DNA of 63,654 bases, filler included, from Olpidium bornovanus S191 (lineage: Eukaryota > Fungi > Olpidiomycota), in NCBI GenBank assembly GCA_017911155.1. It is 28 parts of 28 records of this genome, joined end to end, with 100 filler letters (N's around TTAATTAATTAA, not from the genome) between each part and the next. Parts side by side here need not be neighbours in the genome. Positions count along the whole stretch, not along the records: positions 24,620 to 29,052 come from JAEFCI010004235.1; positions 29,153 to 31,064 come from JAEFCI010006555.1; positions 31,165 to 33,521 come from JAEFCI010005245.1; positions 33,622 to 34,710 come from JAEFCI010005649.1; positions 34,811 to 36,869 come from JAEFCI010005015.1; 23 more parts are not named here. The stretch is one strand, 5' to 3'. The position numbers and the translations under genes were made by a program. Below the pieces are notes generated by a model. That model had not been told where the DNA came from and did not search any database. It saw only the letters and a program-made list of their open reading frames with translations. This document shows, piece by piece, positions 24,620-36,969 of the stretch (position 1 is its first letter; each line of letters begins with the position of its first letter).

Positions 24620-26291
24620 CACCTTGGGGACCGCCGCGACGGTATCCAACAATAACCGTCCGATTGCTCTGTCAGCGGGAACTTTCCCATCCTAGGCCCG
24701 GTAGAAAAAAAACACTTCGCTATTAACGGAGAGCGGCGGGCAAAACGGGGGGCGTCGTTTCGAAAGTTGAAGGTCGGCAGAAGGTCGTACCAGCACGCCG
24801 TCAACGTAGGCGATCACCCTTTCTAGCATCTCTTGGAGCCGTACAATGGACCGCTCTAGGTTTTCCATGTCGGACGCTAGATTCACGGCGCGGGACCGTT
24901 CGTCTTTGGCGGCAGAGATGTACTCCACTAAGCGGCAAAAAAAGAAGACATGTTCAGCGAGACGGAAAAAGAAAATAAAAAAAGAAAACAAAAATAAAAA
25001 GAAAATAAAAAGAAAAAGAAAATAAAAAATAAAAAGAAAAAAAAGAAAATAAAAAGAAAAAGAAAAGAAGCCGGGGTTAGCTGCACCAAATTTCCGAAAG
25101 AGTCTGGAACAAAAAAAAAAATATGATAACGCCCCGCGCCCGAAACCCGTCGCACGCCGAGTAGTGTTTTTTTGTGTAGACTTACGTGCGCTCCTCTCCG
25201 CGTCGTGGTACTTCACTTCGCAGGGTATCGGTAGGAACAGGCAATTCTCGGCCCTGTGGACGACGCCGACGGGCGAGCTCACGAAAGCGCGCACGTTGAG
25301 ATGCCCGTCGGTGAGGGCGGTGTCGACGGTGAGGTGGATGGCCTGGAAAAGTCCGGCCTCGCGCGAGTAGAAGTCCTGGATGAGCGGCGAGTGCTTGTTG
25401 AGGTCGTTGCCGGTGGCGTACCAGCCGACGATGACCTCGTTGTGATTGACGCGGTGGTGGAGATCATACATGTTCCGGTGGTACTCCATGTCTACTGCAA
25501 CCTAAGTTTGAAAAAATTAGAAAAAATAAATAAAAAGGGCCGAGAGCGCGACCGGAAGCGGTGCAGCGGCGCGTAAACCACGAATTCAGGTTCTAATCCC
25601 TCTTCCTCCTCCTCCTCCTCCTCCTCCTCTCGCCCCCCTCTGGGACTGCGCCGGGAAGGTTGCTCGCGTTCGTGTTGCAGGGCGCTGAACCAACAGAAGC
25701 CTCCAGTTTCGACTAGCCCAATGCCAAAAAAAAACTCATGACCCGCCGTGCGGGCATAGAACCGGACCGGGCGAAACGGCCTGTTGTTGAGTCGCGCTTA
25801 AATGTGCGACGAGAACCAGCTGCTTCGACCGCCACTTCTCGCGTCGAGTCCCTTTTTCCACGGGCCACAGCCGCGGTTGCGGCGGCGAAGCGTCCGGCGC
25901 ACGTCCCTTTCGCGCCGCTCCCGCACTTCTTTTTCGCTTTCGTCCCCCTCCCGAGGCCTTTCCCGCGGGGCGGGGGGGGGGGGAAGAAGAAAGAGGGGAG
26001 AGGGTCGTGGGGCGCATCGATGGATTTTACCTGGTTGTCGGACTCGGTGTGCGGCACGGGGAAACACGACTTTATCTCGACCTCCGAGCTGTCCTCCGAC
26101 CTGGAGCCGAGCAGGGTGCCGATGACTCTGTCCTGGGCGTCGTCCCTCCTGAGGAAATGATCGAGCACGGAGAAGAGCACCACGGGGTGCACCTTCACGG
26201 AGAAGGTCCCCGTCGAGGGGGGCGGCCCGGCCAGCGCCGAGGAGGCAAGGTTGAGGCAGTGCGTCGCGGCGGGGGCGGAACCGTCAATCAT
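24620..26291 (-). CDS. EIF3F: Translation initiation factor eIF3 subunit F (MPN domain), 3' partial, three introns seen
   Basis: VKVHPVVLFSVLDHFLRR...RVIGTLLG, CFPVPHTE..QV|AVDMEYH, EVIVGWYAT, IQDFYS, CLFLPIPCEV, AIGRLLLDTV. Confidence 0.93.
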
Positions 26292-26399
26292 GATTTTTTT
26301 TTTTTGCCTTTTATGTGTGTGCGGTGTGCGTGTGTGTGCGCGCGCGGCGGAGGGGGCGTGTCCCCCCTCCCCCCTTTCGGTCGCTCTCGGAAGGTAGGG

Positions 26400-26613
26400 A
26401 ATATGGACAGTGAAGGCCGGGGCGGGGCAAGGGGGGGCCGAAAATGAAGAACGTAGACGGTTTTTCGGGGTACGGAGGAGCTCTGCCGGGGCTGTATTTT
26501 TCCGCCGCCTTTGTTTACTCTATATGTGTACGGGAAAAGGGGACTACGGTCCAGGAGCGGAGAGTGCGCAGTGCCCCTTTACTATGCCTCCCCCTTTCCA
26601 ACACCCCGCCTCA
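26400..26613 (-). repeat. Polypurine tract and putative 3' LTR of the copia element (distal LTR end approximate)
   Basis: Minus strand GAGGCGGGG immediately followed by TGTTGG at 26603, the usual copia PPT/LTR junction; CATATAG TATA-like motif inside. Confidence 0.6.
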
Positions 26614-26639
26614 CTGGGCACGCTATCGCCCATGGTCAT

Positions 26640-29052
26640 CTATAAATTCCTTAAATCGCCCCAAAGTGCCTTTGGTACCGTAATCTTTGAGGCGGTTTCT
26701 CGTTTGCGCTTCCAGAGGTGATTCAACCCAATACTTGCCCGCATGCCGATTTGATCGCGGAATTTTGCGAACTTCCAGCGGTCCAATGGTTTGGTGAAGA
26801 TATCAGCCGGGTTTTCATCCGTTCCAACGCGGCAGATGCTGATGCTCCCTTCCGCCGTGCACCAGCGGAGATGGTGAAAGCGAATGCCTATGTGTTTGGA
26901 CCTTTTGGATATCTTGTGGTCTGAGGCCAACTCAGCCACACTGGTGTTGTCTATCATCAGCCTGGTGAGCTCGACCACTACCTGCGGATCGATTGCCTCG
27001 AGGAGGGAGCGAAGCCATTTGACCTCCTGTGCTGCTGCCGACCCGGCGACAAACCCGGCTTCGCAGGAGGAGGTGGAGACGCATTTTTGCCGTGCAGATC
27101 TCCACGACACCGCCCCTCCCGCGAGTTGGATTATTATCCCGGTCGTGGATGCCCTCGTAATGCGGCATCCCGCCCAGTCTGAATCGCTGAATGCTGCGAG
27201 TTCATCGTCGCCCGAGTCCGGTCCATTGAACCACAGGCCGAGATCCATGGTTCCAGCGAGGTAACGCATAACTCGTTTAATCGCTCCCCAATGCCTTTCG
27301 GTCGGTGCACTCATGAAGCGTGCCAGGAAAGACGTGGCGAATGCCAGATCGGGTCTTGTCATGGTCGACAACCACATCAATGATCTGATGGCTTCCGCGC
27401 AGCCCTTTTCAATCTTCGGGTCCCGGCTCGATCCGTATTCCGCGGTCAGTGCCTCCAGCGCACCAGCTTCCACGGGGGTGGCGACCGGCCGGGCATCAAG
27501 CATCCCAAACTTCTTCAGGAGCTCGATCGTGAAGTGGCGTTGGTCGAGTAAGCATCCATCTTGACCCCTCGTGACTCGCACTCCCAGGATGACACTCAGG
27601 TCGCTGCCTTCGGACATTTTGAACCTCTCTGAGAGTATGGTCTCGACTTTCGAGACGATTGCGGCGTCCGGTCCCGTGAGTACGATGTCGTCAACGTATA
27701 TGGCAATAACCAGTTTAACGCTGCCCTCATTCTTGAGGATGTGCATGCATGGCTCCATTTGTAATTGTATTAGGCCAAGCTTGACGAATTCTTGGTGTAA
27801 CTTCTGGTTCCAAACTCGCCTACTTTGCTTTAGGCCGTATAAAGCTTTGATCAGCTTGCAAACCTGGCCCGGTTTGTTGTCCAGGTCTTCCGGAGGATCC
27901 ATATAGATGTCTTCCGCAAGTTCGCCGTTGAGGTAGGCAAGGACAACGTCACGTTGCCTAATGATCCATTTCCTTTTGATGGCAATGGCGATGATGGTTC
28001 GGAGCGCTGCTGCGGAAATGACAGGCAAATACGTCTCCTGAAAGTCTATGCCTTTGACTTGCCGAAACCCTTGCGCAACGAAGCGTGCTCGATATTTGCT
28101 AACGCTCCCATCCGGATTGAGTTTGCGTTTAAACACCCATTTGCCCTTTAGGACCTTATGGTCTTTCGGGCGGGGCACCATTTCCCATGCAGGGAAGCTT
28201 TGTAGAGTCCGAATCTCGGTGGCCATGGCTTCCCGCCATGACGATGATTCCATACTCTCGATCACCTCTTGGTACGTCATTGGCTCGTCCGGGAATTGCG
28301 GGGAGACATCCGCTCGCGTGACGGTCGCCTCAGCCGGTGCTGGGACTGGTAGGTTGCGCGCTTGGCAGAATTCCATCACCAATTCCGACCGTTCCAGGGC
28401 CTCCGCGCTTTCCCATTAGGAGCTCCCGTTGGTCCATTTGATTTTGAAAAATAGCTTTTCCTTAGTCTTGAATTGGTAAGAAAGTACACTTTCGGCTTGT
28501 TTGGACGTCTCCGCGTTTGTGATCTCTATCACCGGGGCGGTTTCGCCCTCTATGCCGAAATTGGCTGGATTGTATAGCTTCCTTCGTCAATGGTCACGTC
28601 GAAACGTTCTATGACTCGATCACTTCTCGGGTCCCAAAGTCTGTAGGCCTTGCTCGTTCCTGAGTACCCGACCATGATAAGCTTTTCTGCTGTAGGGGCT
28701 ACCTTGCCCATGATCCGGTCCCGATCCTCTTTTGGGAGATGGGAGTACGCCACGCACCCAATGATCTGCAGGTTGTCGACGTTCAGGCGGTTTTCACCAT
28801 GGAACTCCATGTGCGGGATTCCTCCGTCCAGGGCTTTGTGCAGCGATCGGTTAAACAGGTAGACCGTTGCACCCCAGATCTCTTCCCAGAGTTTTGCCGG
28901 TAGGTGAGCGGCAATCATCGTCATTTATTTCCGCCCACTAAGGGTCCGGTTTATGCGTTCCGCGATTCCATTCTGCTGAGGAGTTTTGCATACCATCGTT
29001 TTGATGCATATTCCCTTTGCTCTCAACATGGATTGGTACGCTTCCCTTACAA
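26640..29052 (-). mobile_element. Ty1/copia pol (integrase, chromodomain, RT, RNase H); integrase side disrupted
   Basis: TPQQNGIAERINRTL and GYSGTSKAYRLWDP (IN); KWVFKRK, RARFVAQGF, LYGLKQS, YVDD, TRPDL (RT); SDSDWAG, KHIGIRFH, NPADIFTKPL (RH). Lesions near 28930, 28580 and 28416. Confidence 0.95.
28350..28499 (-). other. Chromodomain at the integrase C-terminus of the copia element
   Basis: QAESVLSYQFKTKEKLFFKIKWTNGSS*WESAEALERSELVMEFCQARNL aligns with chromodomain VEKVLD...YLLKW...TWEPEKNLDCPELISEF; same frame as the RT ORF. Confidence 0.8.
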
Positions 29053-29182
29053 NNNNNNNNNNNNNNNNNNNNNNNNNNNNNNNNNNNNNNNNNNNNTTAA
29101 TTAATTAANNNNNNNNNNNNNNNNNNNNNNNNNNNNNNNNNNNNNNNNNNNNTGTGGGGGGGGGGGGGTTGGGGGGGGGGGG

Positions 29183-29220
<38 letters not shown>

Positions 29221-29335
29221 GGGACGCACCTCCAACATTCTCATCATGCCGAGCGCTAAACCAAATCCAAAATCCCCTCGCCGGGCATTTCTTCTTCGTT
29301 TTCTTCTTCTTTTCCCCTTTATTTTTTTCTTATTC

Positions 29336-29800
29336 TAAAACTGCTCTTCATCTCGGCATTTGGGTTGACGAGATCGTCATTACTAGTCCTGACGCTTCCT
29401 TCGTTGCCAAATATATTGAAACCATCAAGAGCACGTTCAGATTGACGAAAGCTGAAGCCCTCACCTTTGTCCTCGGCGCTCAAATTTGTCAAGGCTGATC
29501 CGAGGATATTCTAATCCACCAGGAGCATCATACGACCAAACTACCCAAAAAAAAAAAAAACCACAGCAAAGCGAATCCAAAACCCACGCCTTTGACTACT
29601 CTATGGTCAGCTCAACGAAGAGCCGTTCGGACACGACATCCGAGAGCGAGAGAGGAAAGTGTAGTCAATGCACTGGCTCCCTCGTGTACTTCTCGACGCT
29701 CACTCTTGCACCCCTCGACCTCTCCATTTTGACTGGGCACGCGTTTGCAGATGATCGGCAGTTCATTAAGCGGATACATCTTTTGTTTTCGGGAATGCGG
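29336..29800 (+). mobile_element. Degenerate copia RT remnant
   Basis: LGIWVDEIVITS...IKSTFRLT..LTFVLGAQI, then (frameshifted) GSLVYFSTLT..PLDLS and KRIHLLFSG. Confidence 0.7.
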
Positions 29801-31021
29801 CAGTTGCCTGGCGGAGCGGACGACAGATCTGCATCACCCACAGTTCCACTGAAGCCAGGAGTCGTAACAGATTCAGGATGCATGCAGGGAGCTTGCAGGT
29901 TCAGACAGCTCTCAACCACACTCCTAAACGACCACAGCGCGATCTCGCCTACATATCGACAGCCGCGGCGCAGCAACGATCGCCCGACGCAACATGCGAT
30001 TACCCGAAAGGTCAGAACACGGTATGGCCAGTGCATCAAAATAAACGCCGCGGGCGTCGAACATCACGGTTTTCCCGTCACCGCCGCCGGAGAAATTGTG
30101 TATTCCCGACCTGAGAAAGGGCTTCTGTCCGCGCTTTGGCCGGAGACAATAACGGGAAGACGCAAAAAGACAGCCCCAAGAAAGAAAGTATTCCTCTTCC
30201 ATGCACGGGCGGAGGCGTCCGCGTTTTACGACGCTGCCGAGGAAAACGAAAATGCACATATAACTCGGCAGCCGAGAAATTCGGGGGTCGAAGCCTCTCC
30301 GCGTGTGAGGTGCGTTCTCGCGGACCTTGCGGACCTGTCGCAGAAGTGCGCCGCCGGGAAAGCGTTACTTTTCAAACAAGGAAACATGTTGCTCTCTGAG
30401 AAGCCGTCCGCCCCTGTCTGCGACGTTTCGGAAGGCAAATTTTTGCGAGAAAAAGGTAACCGAGGAAGTAAAAGCGAGCGTCTCTTTACTCGTAAAAGCT
30501 ACGGAGACATGAGGGGCGTGCTGACTGCTTCTTCTCTTCCTTGGCATCACCACCTCCGGCATTACCGCTCAGCGAGGCGACCACCGCAAACGTCCGCGGG
30601 TGATCAGAATGAAGGTCGGCGAGGTGGCCACCGCGGGGCGTCTGCGGGGCGACCATCGCGGACGCCGGCAACGCCATCGGAGGATGGAGGCTCTTCCGGT
30701 CACGGCGCGGTGGACCACCGCAGACGCCGGCGACGCGCTCCGACGACGGCGGCTCGTCGGCCACGGCGCAGACAAAACCGCGAGAGCGCGGGGCGAGGGC
30801 AACAAGACAGGCCGGGGCGGGCTGGGCGCGCGCGCCGTCGAGCTGCGTGGGTTCGTGAGTGTGGTTCTTGTTGCTTGGCGCGGACCCCTCCGTTGGGCGG
30901 GGGGCGTTCCGGGAGAGGCGGGGAGGTTTTTCCTTTTCCTTTGCCTTTCCCTTCGATGACGTGCCCACCGCCCTCCCTTTCGGGGTGGTGTTGCTGCAGG
31001 AGGAGAAGGGACGCGAGAGAA

Positions 31022-31064
<43 letters not shown>

Positions 31065-31164
31065 NNNNNNNNNNNNNNNNNNNNNNNNNNNNNNNNNNNN
31101 NNNNNNNNTTAATTAATTAANNNNNNNNNNNNNNNNNNNNNNNNNNNNNNNNNNNNNNNNNNNN

Positions 31165-31236
<72 letters not shown>

Positions 31237-32600
31237 AAACGACGCGTCGGACGAGGTTCGCCTCTGCCTCCGATTTTTGACGGGAAAGTGGGGGGGGGCC
31301 GCGCGCGCGCGCGCGCGTTTCGTCCTGACGAGCGAGATAAAGGCCTAGGTGCAAACCGTCTCGTTTCTTTTTTCGAACGCCCGCCGGCGGATTTTTTTTT
31401 TTTTTTCTGTTTTCGCTCCCCGCGGTGCGCGCCAACAGGCTCCGGACGCGCAGAGACGCGGCACGCGCGGCACGTCTCGGCACGTAACGGTTCTTCCTCC
31501 CCCTCGTCGGGGACAGGTGGCGAACCCTTCTTGGGCACGAGATCCCCTGGTTCTGAAAGTTATTGATGTGAGCCGGTTGATGCGCCACGATCCCTCCTGG
31601 TACGTTTTGGCGAGTTGGGATCCGATGCAGAACGTAGTGCGTCCGACATTCTCGAATCCAGAAGGCCCCACACCCGCGCGACCGGCGCAGAACTTCAGCC
31701 GTTTTCCCGGTGTTTCTGTTTCGTTTGTATCTTCAAGGGAAATAATAGGGATAAAGAGAGAGAGAGAGAGAGAGAGAACAGTGAAAGCAGTGAGAGAGAG
31801 AGACAGAAAGAGAGAGAACGAGAAGAGGGCTGAGCTACATGATACAAAGCGCTGAAGAACAAGGGGACAAAGGTGGAGGGGTGGAGGGGGGCAAGGAATA
31901 GACAGAAAGGAGGCACGAGAGGAAAGCGCGCGGAGGACCCGGGGTGTCGAGAGTGTTAAGAGGTCGTGTGCGGGGAGAGGAGGGACCGCGTCCTGGGTGG
32001 GGGAGGATGAGGAAGGGGGGCGGGGGAAAAAAAAAGGGCGAGCCGAGGCCGGAAAACTTGAAGGAAAAAGAATAAAGAAAAAAAAGCATTGACGAGAGAC
32101 GAGGGCAATAAAAAACACAGGTATAAATAACAGTACATCGAGCGGGAAGGAGCGAAGAGCAGGGAGGGAGGGGGGAGGGGGGAAGGGAAACGCAAATTCG
32201 GACGAGAAAACCGCGTTTTTTTATTATGGAAAGGGGGGCCGGTTTGGTTTTGGAGGGGATGAAGACGGGGAGGGCGGTGAAGGCGGGGGGGTCGGGGAGT
32301 GAAGGGGCCGGAAGGGCGGGGTAGAAGATGAGGAGGGGAACCAAAAAAAAACACAAAAAAATTAACAGCCTCGTAATGTGCTGGAAAAAAAAAATATAAA
32401 ATAAAAAAGACCGCGGAAGGCCAAAACAAAGAAAAAAAAAAAAAAAAAAAAAAAAAAAGGAAACGGCAGAGATAAAACGCGGGCGGTGTTTGAACCTCCG
32501 TTTCCTCTCGGCTCCCCCGCCAACTTGGACCCCGCCCCTCCGGTTCCTCGCCGAGGCGATTTTTTCTCTTTTTTCCTTTTTTTTTTCCTCTCTTTTTCTC

Positions 32601-33201
32601 TCACAGCAGGCCGACGTTGCGAAGGTTGGCCTGGATGATGATGTCGTTGACTGCGTCCATGACGAACTTGATCTGGCTGGTGTCGGTGGCGCAGGTGAAG
32701 TGGGTGTAAATCTGCTTGACGTCGGACTTGTTAAGGGCGCAGAAGCGGTTGGCCATGTACTCGCAGGCGAGGTCGTACGAGTCGCCGCCCTCGTAGTCGG
32801 GGAAGTACTTGTTCATGGGGCTCTTCGGCAGCTTCTCCTTGAACCGGTCGATCTTGTTCAGGAAGAGGATCATGGACGTCTGGACGAACCAGCGGGAGTT
32901 GCAGATCGAGTCGAACAGCGTGAGGGCCTCCTGCATCCGGTTCACCGTCTCGTCCTCCAGCAACACCTGGTCGTACTCCGAAATCGCGACTAGGAAAACG
33001 ATCGCCGTCACGTTTTCGAAGCAGTGTATCCACTTTTTCCGCTCCGACCGCTGGCCGCCCACGTCGAACAGGCGGTAAACCAGTTCGTCAATGTGAAAGG
33101 TGGACTCGGTGATACCCGTCGTCTTGACTCGCGACCGGAGCACGTCCTGGTCGTCGGGAACGTAGTCGGGCTTTGATATGCGGTCGATTGAGTCGAAGTA
33201 G
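32601..33201 (-). CDS. Heterotrimeric G-protein alpha subunit (fungal group I, Gi-like), last exon
   Basis: [58 protein letters not shown]. Confidence 0.96.
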
Positions 33202-34592
33202 CTGCAAGGGGGGGGGGCCGGAAATATACGGTGAGGAGAGGCTCGACGGGGCGCTTTTGTTGTCAGCAGGGCCGACGGTGACCAGTACCACCAAAAACAA
33301 AACAAAGAAAGTGAAAAACCAAAAAAAAACCAATAAAAACCAAAAACAAAAAAAAATATCAACTGAAAACCAAAGGTAAAAAAACCATTCTAATTCAAAA
33401 CATGAAAAGCTTTGAACGGAACAAACCAAACAAAAAAAACAAGCCGGAATTAAAGAAAAAAAAACAAAAAGAAAAAAGTCAAAATGAAAAAAGAAAAGCC
33501 AAAAGCCAAGAAATGAATAACNNNNNNNNNNNNNNNNNNNNNNNNNNNNNNNNNNNNNNNNNNNNTTAATTAATTAANNNNNNNNNNNNNNNNNNNNNNN
33601 NNNNNNNNNNNNNNNNNNNNNGAGGAGCCGTAAATTAGATCTTGCGAGAGGCACGTGTCAAAATGTTAAAAGGCACAACCGATATTGCGGGAAACGGGTG
33701 TTCAATATCAGCGTAGTGGTCCGGGGCGGCGCGGATGGCCTGATTGGTATTCGAACCGCCCGTTGGTAGGCCTCAATTAATTATACCTGTCCCACTCCCG
33801 AGTCTGAATTATATTCCTATGTGGCAGGTTGCTACACCTCCGTGATCTTTTCTTTTCATCTTTTCCTACGCTCCCCACCCTGACCTCATCTTTTCTAGAC
33901 ACCTTTGGGAGCTTTGCTTATTCAGAACCTATTCAGAATCGGTAGCGACAAATTGGTGCAGTGCTCGAACACTGCTTTGCATTTTATATATCAACGGCCG
34001 TTGTCGACGCAAAACGCGAGGGACAGCCAAAAATATGTTCCCGTTGATTGCCCCCCCCCCCCCGTGAGGCGCTTTGAGAATACCAAACACCTTTTTTTAA
34101 AAAATTCACGTGTTGTTTGCCGTTTCCGCAGGCGGCTAAGCCGAATCGCGAGCCGATTGGCGGGCCCGCTTTTCGCCGTCAGCAAGTCACGTTTTAGGTA
34201 TGGCGTTCATCGACTTGGGCAAGAAATGCGTTTTTTATTTTATTTTATTTTTTTGGTACTGCCTGTGCATTATATATTTGCATGGGGCAAGGGTTACCGG
34301 GGGAGTTCCCCCCCCCTCCTCCCACTTTCCCCCTCCCCCCTCCCCCTTCCTCCCCCTTTACCCCCCGGGCTGAACGCTCTTCTTCCCGGAGGCGACCGTC
34401 CCGTCCTCCTCCGGGCAGCCGCAAGGGGGAAGGGGGGGGAGGGGGGGAAGGGTGGGTGCGTCGGGTGTTCCCAAAAGCGGTGGCGGAAAGCGTTATCGCC
34501 GGCCCCGTGCGGCAGAGGGGGCGCCGACCGCGCCCGGACCGAGAGCGCGGCCAAAACGGCTCTGGGCGCCGGCCAGAGCGCGGGGTTCGCCG

Positions 34593-34695
<103 letters not shown>

Positions 34696-34810
34696 CGCCC
34701 GCCCCCCCCCNNNNNNNNNNNNNNNNNNNNNNNNNNNNNNNNNNNNNNNNNNNNTTAATTAATTAANNNNNNNNNNNNNNNNNNNNNNNNNNNNNNNNNN
34801 NNNNNNNNNN

Positions 34811-36869
34811 CATGGGACCGCCTTATTCCATAGGTGACAAAGTGCATCAGCGGTTCCGGCACGCGCTCCGCTTGCTAGAGTTGATTCTCGCCGGGTACGA
34901 GAACGTCGGACAGTTGAAGTCGAGCATCGGGATTTTGGTGGAGACGATGCGGGATCCGGAGCTTCCGTTCCTCGATTTCCACGAGGTTTTTTCCACGGTG
35001 TCTGGTCGGATTCCGTCCTCTTTGCAAGGGGAGCTCTCCCGGATCGTGGACGCTTCCAGGAAGAGCGTGTCGGGGAAAGTGGACGAGTTTCCCGCCGCCG
35101 TGATCCGGAAGCTCTTGGATGATTTTCCGAGGGAATCCCACATGAAGCCGGCCGACGTGCTGGCCTACCGGACCCAGGTCGGCCCCCTTTCGGAGGTCAT
35201 CGAACGTTACGCCGGCGGGCTGGCGGGACACGAGCGGGCCGTAATTAGCAGTCTGCTCGACCGTTTCATTGCCGACGAGGAGCCCTTCGGTCATTCGGAC
35301 GATGAGGAGGTGGTGCTTGACATCAGGGAACGCCACAAGAGCGACGTGGACTACGTCATCGGGCTTGTCCTGTCTCATTCGAAAATCGCGACGAAGAGCG
35401 TACTCATATTGCAGCTCCTTAACCACGTCCAGAGTAAGGGCCTGCAGCCGTTTGACAGGAGCTACGCGCGTTCATTGAAACGGCTCGCGCAACTCAGCGG
35501 CCGAGGATCCTCAAACGTCGCCCTTCGCGCTCGCGAGATCCTGATCCACTCCCAGTTGCCGGCGTACGAGGAGCGGATGGAGCAAATGGAGAAAATCCTC
35601 GTGAACGCCACGACCGAGAACGTCTACGGCGGGGCTACCGAGTTTAGGCCCCCCGCGCTGGACGCCATCCGCGATCTCATACGGACCCACCACGTCGTCT
35701 TCGACGTCCTGCCGAACTTTTTCTACCACCCCAACGAGTTTGTGTGCCTGGCCGCCTTGGAGGTGTACGCACGCCGAGCCTACAACGCGTACGAGGTCAT
35801 CAGCCTGGAACACCGGACGGCCGAAAAGCCCTTCCTGGTGGAGTGGTCTTTCGTTCTAAAGAACCGTGCCGTCGCGCCCAACGGCGACCACCCGAAGCGG
35901 GTGGGCAGCATCTCCGACCTGGCCTACCTCGTGCCGGCCAAGAGCAACGTCCTCCGGCGTGGCGCCATGGGAGCGTGCGCCTCTCTAGAAGCAATTTACC
36001 CCGTTATGGTCCGCCTGTTGAACATCTTCAAGGAGCGCCAGCGGGACGAGCTGGAACAGAAGGAGTCCGCCAACGTGATCAACATCGCGCTGAAGATCCC
36101 GGTAACGTCCCCGGTGGACGACGACATGTGGGTGGCCCGGTTCGCCGACATCACGGGGCATTTCCGGGAAAACCTTTCGTCGTGCCACGTCCGGCGAGTC
36201 ACTTTCATTATCTTCCGCACCGGGCAGTACCCCGGGTTCTTCACTTTCCGGGCGCACGACGGTTACCGCGAGGACCAAACCATCCGCCACGTCGAGCCGG
36301 CCATGGCTTATCAGCTGGAGCTTTCCCGACTCTCCAACTTCAACCTGAAGCCCATTTTCGTGAAAAACCGGCAACTTCACATCTATTACGCCGTTGGCAA
36401 GGACAACCCATCCGATGCCCGCTTCTTCGTCCGCGGGATGGTCCGGCCAGGCAGGCTGCGCGAGGGCATTTCGCCGGAGCATTACCTGGTCTCCGAGTCG
36501 GACCGTTTGCTGAACGACGTTCTCGACAATCTCGAGGTTGTCTCGTCCGTCCACAAGAACTCGGACTGCAACCACCTGTTCGTCAACTTCATTCCCGCGT
36601 TTGTCCTGACCGTCGAACAGATCGAGAGCGCGCTCCGTGACTTCATTCACCGCCACGGGAAAAGGCTCTGGCGGCTGCGCATCACCGTCGCGGAGGTGAG
36701 GCTGGGGATCCAGTCGCACCAGGACGCCCAGCCCGTTCCGATCCGGTGTATCATCTCGAACGTGTCCGGCTACGTCCTCCGTATGGAGATGTACACCGAG
36801 GTCCTGAACGACAAGGGCGTACCCGTCCTGCAGAGCATCAGGGCCGGCTCCCCCGGCTCGATGAACATG
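34811..36869 (+). CDS. ACC1: Acetyl-CoA carboxylase central domain, internal intronless fragment
   Basis: LRDPELPF-like MRDPELPFLDF, VALRAREIL, LEVYARRAYNAY, IRHVEPAMAYQLELSRLSNF, RFFVRGMVRPGRL, SDCNHLFVNF, RLWRLRIT, NVSGYVL. Confidence 0.96.
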
Positions 36870-36969
36870 NNNNNNNNNNNNNNNNNNNNNNNNNNNNNNN
36901 NNNNNNNNNNNNNTTAATTAATTAANNNNNNNNNNNNNNNNNNNNNNNNNNNNNNNNNNNNNNNNNNNN

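Noticed and set aside
28416-28418. Programmed readthrough or recoding at the in-frame stop in copia pol
   Set aside because: It is TAA and co-occurs with two other lesions, so simple decay or assembly error is more likely; no in-frame TGA suggestive of selenocysteine was seen in any conserved gene.
29486-31120. 544-aa plus-strand ORF as one gene
   Set aside because: Starts in a decayed copia RT, continues through GC-rich low complexity and ends in poly-A and N; no coherent domain.
31730-32600. Long purine-rich or A/C-rich tracts (also 4700-5193, 21600-22600, 33290-33521, 43090-43270, 59750-60140) as telomeric or functional repeats
   Set aside because: No stable unit; they sit beside homopolymers and contig ends and look like degraded read tails, so lengths and content are unreliable.
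33707-33775. tRNA-like A-box (AGCGTAGTGGT) and TTCGAA
   Set aside because: No complementary T-stem or acceptor stem; cloverleaf cannot be formed.
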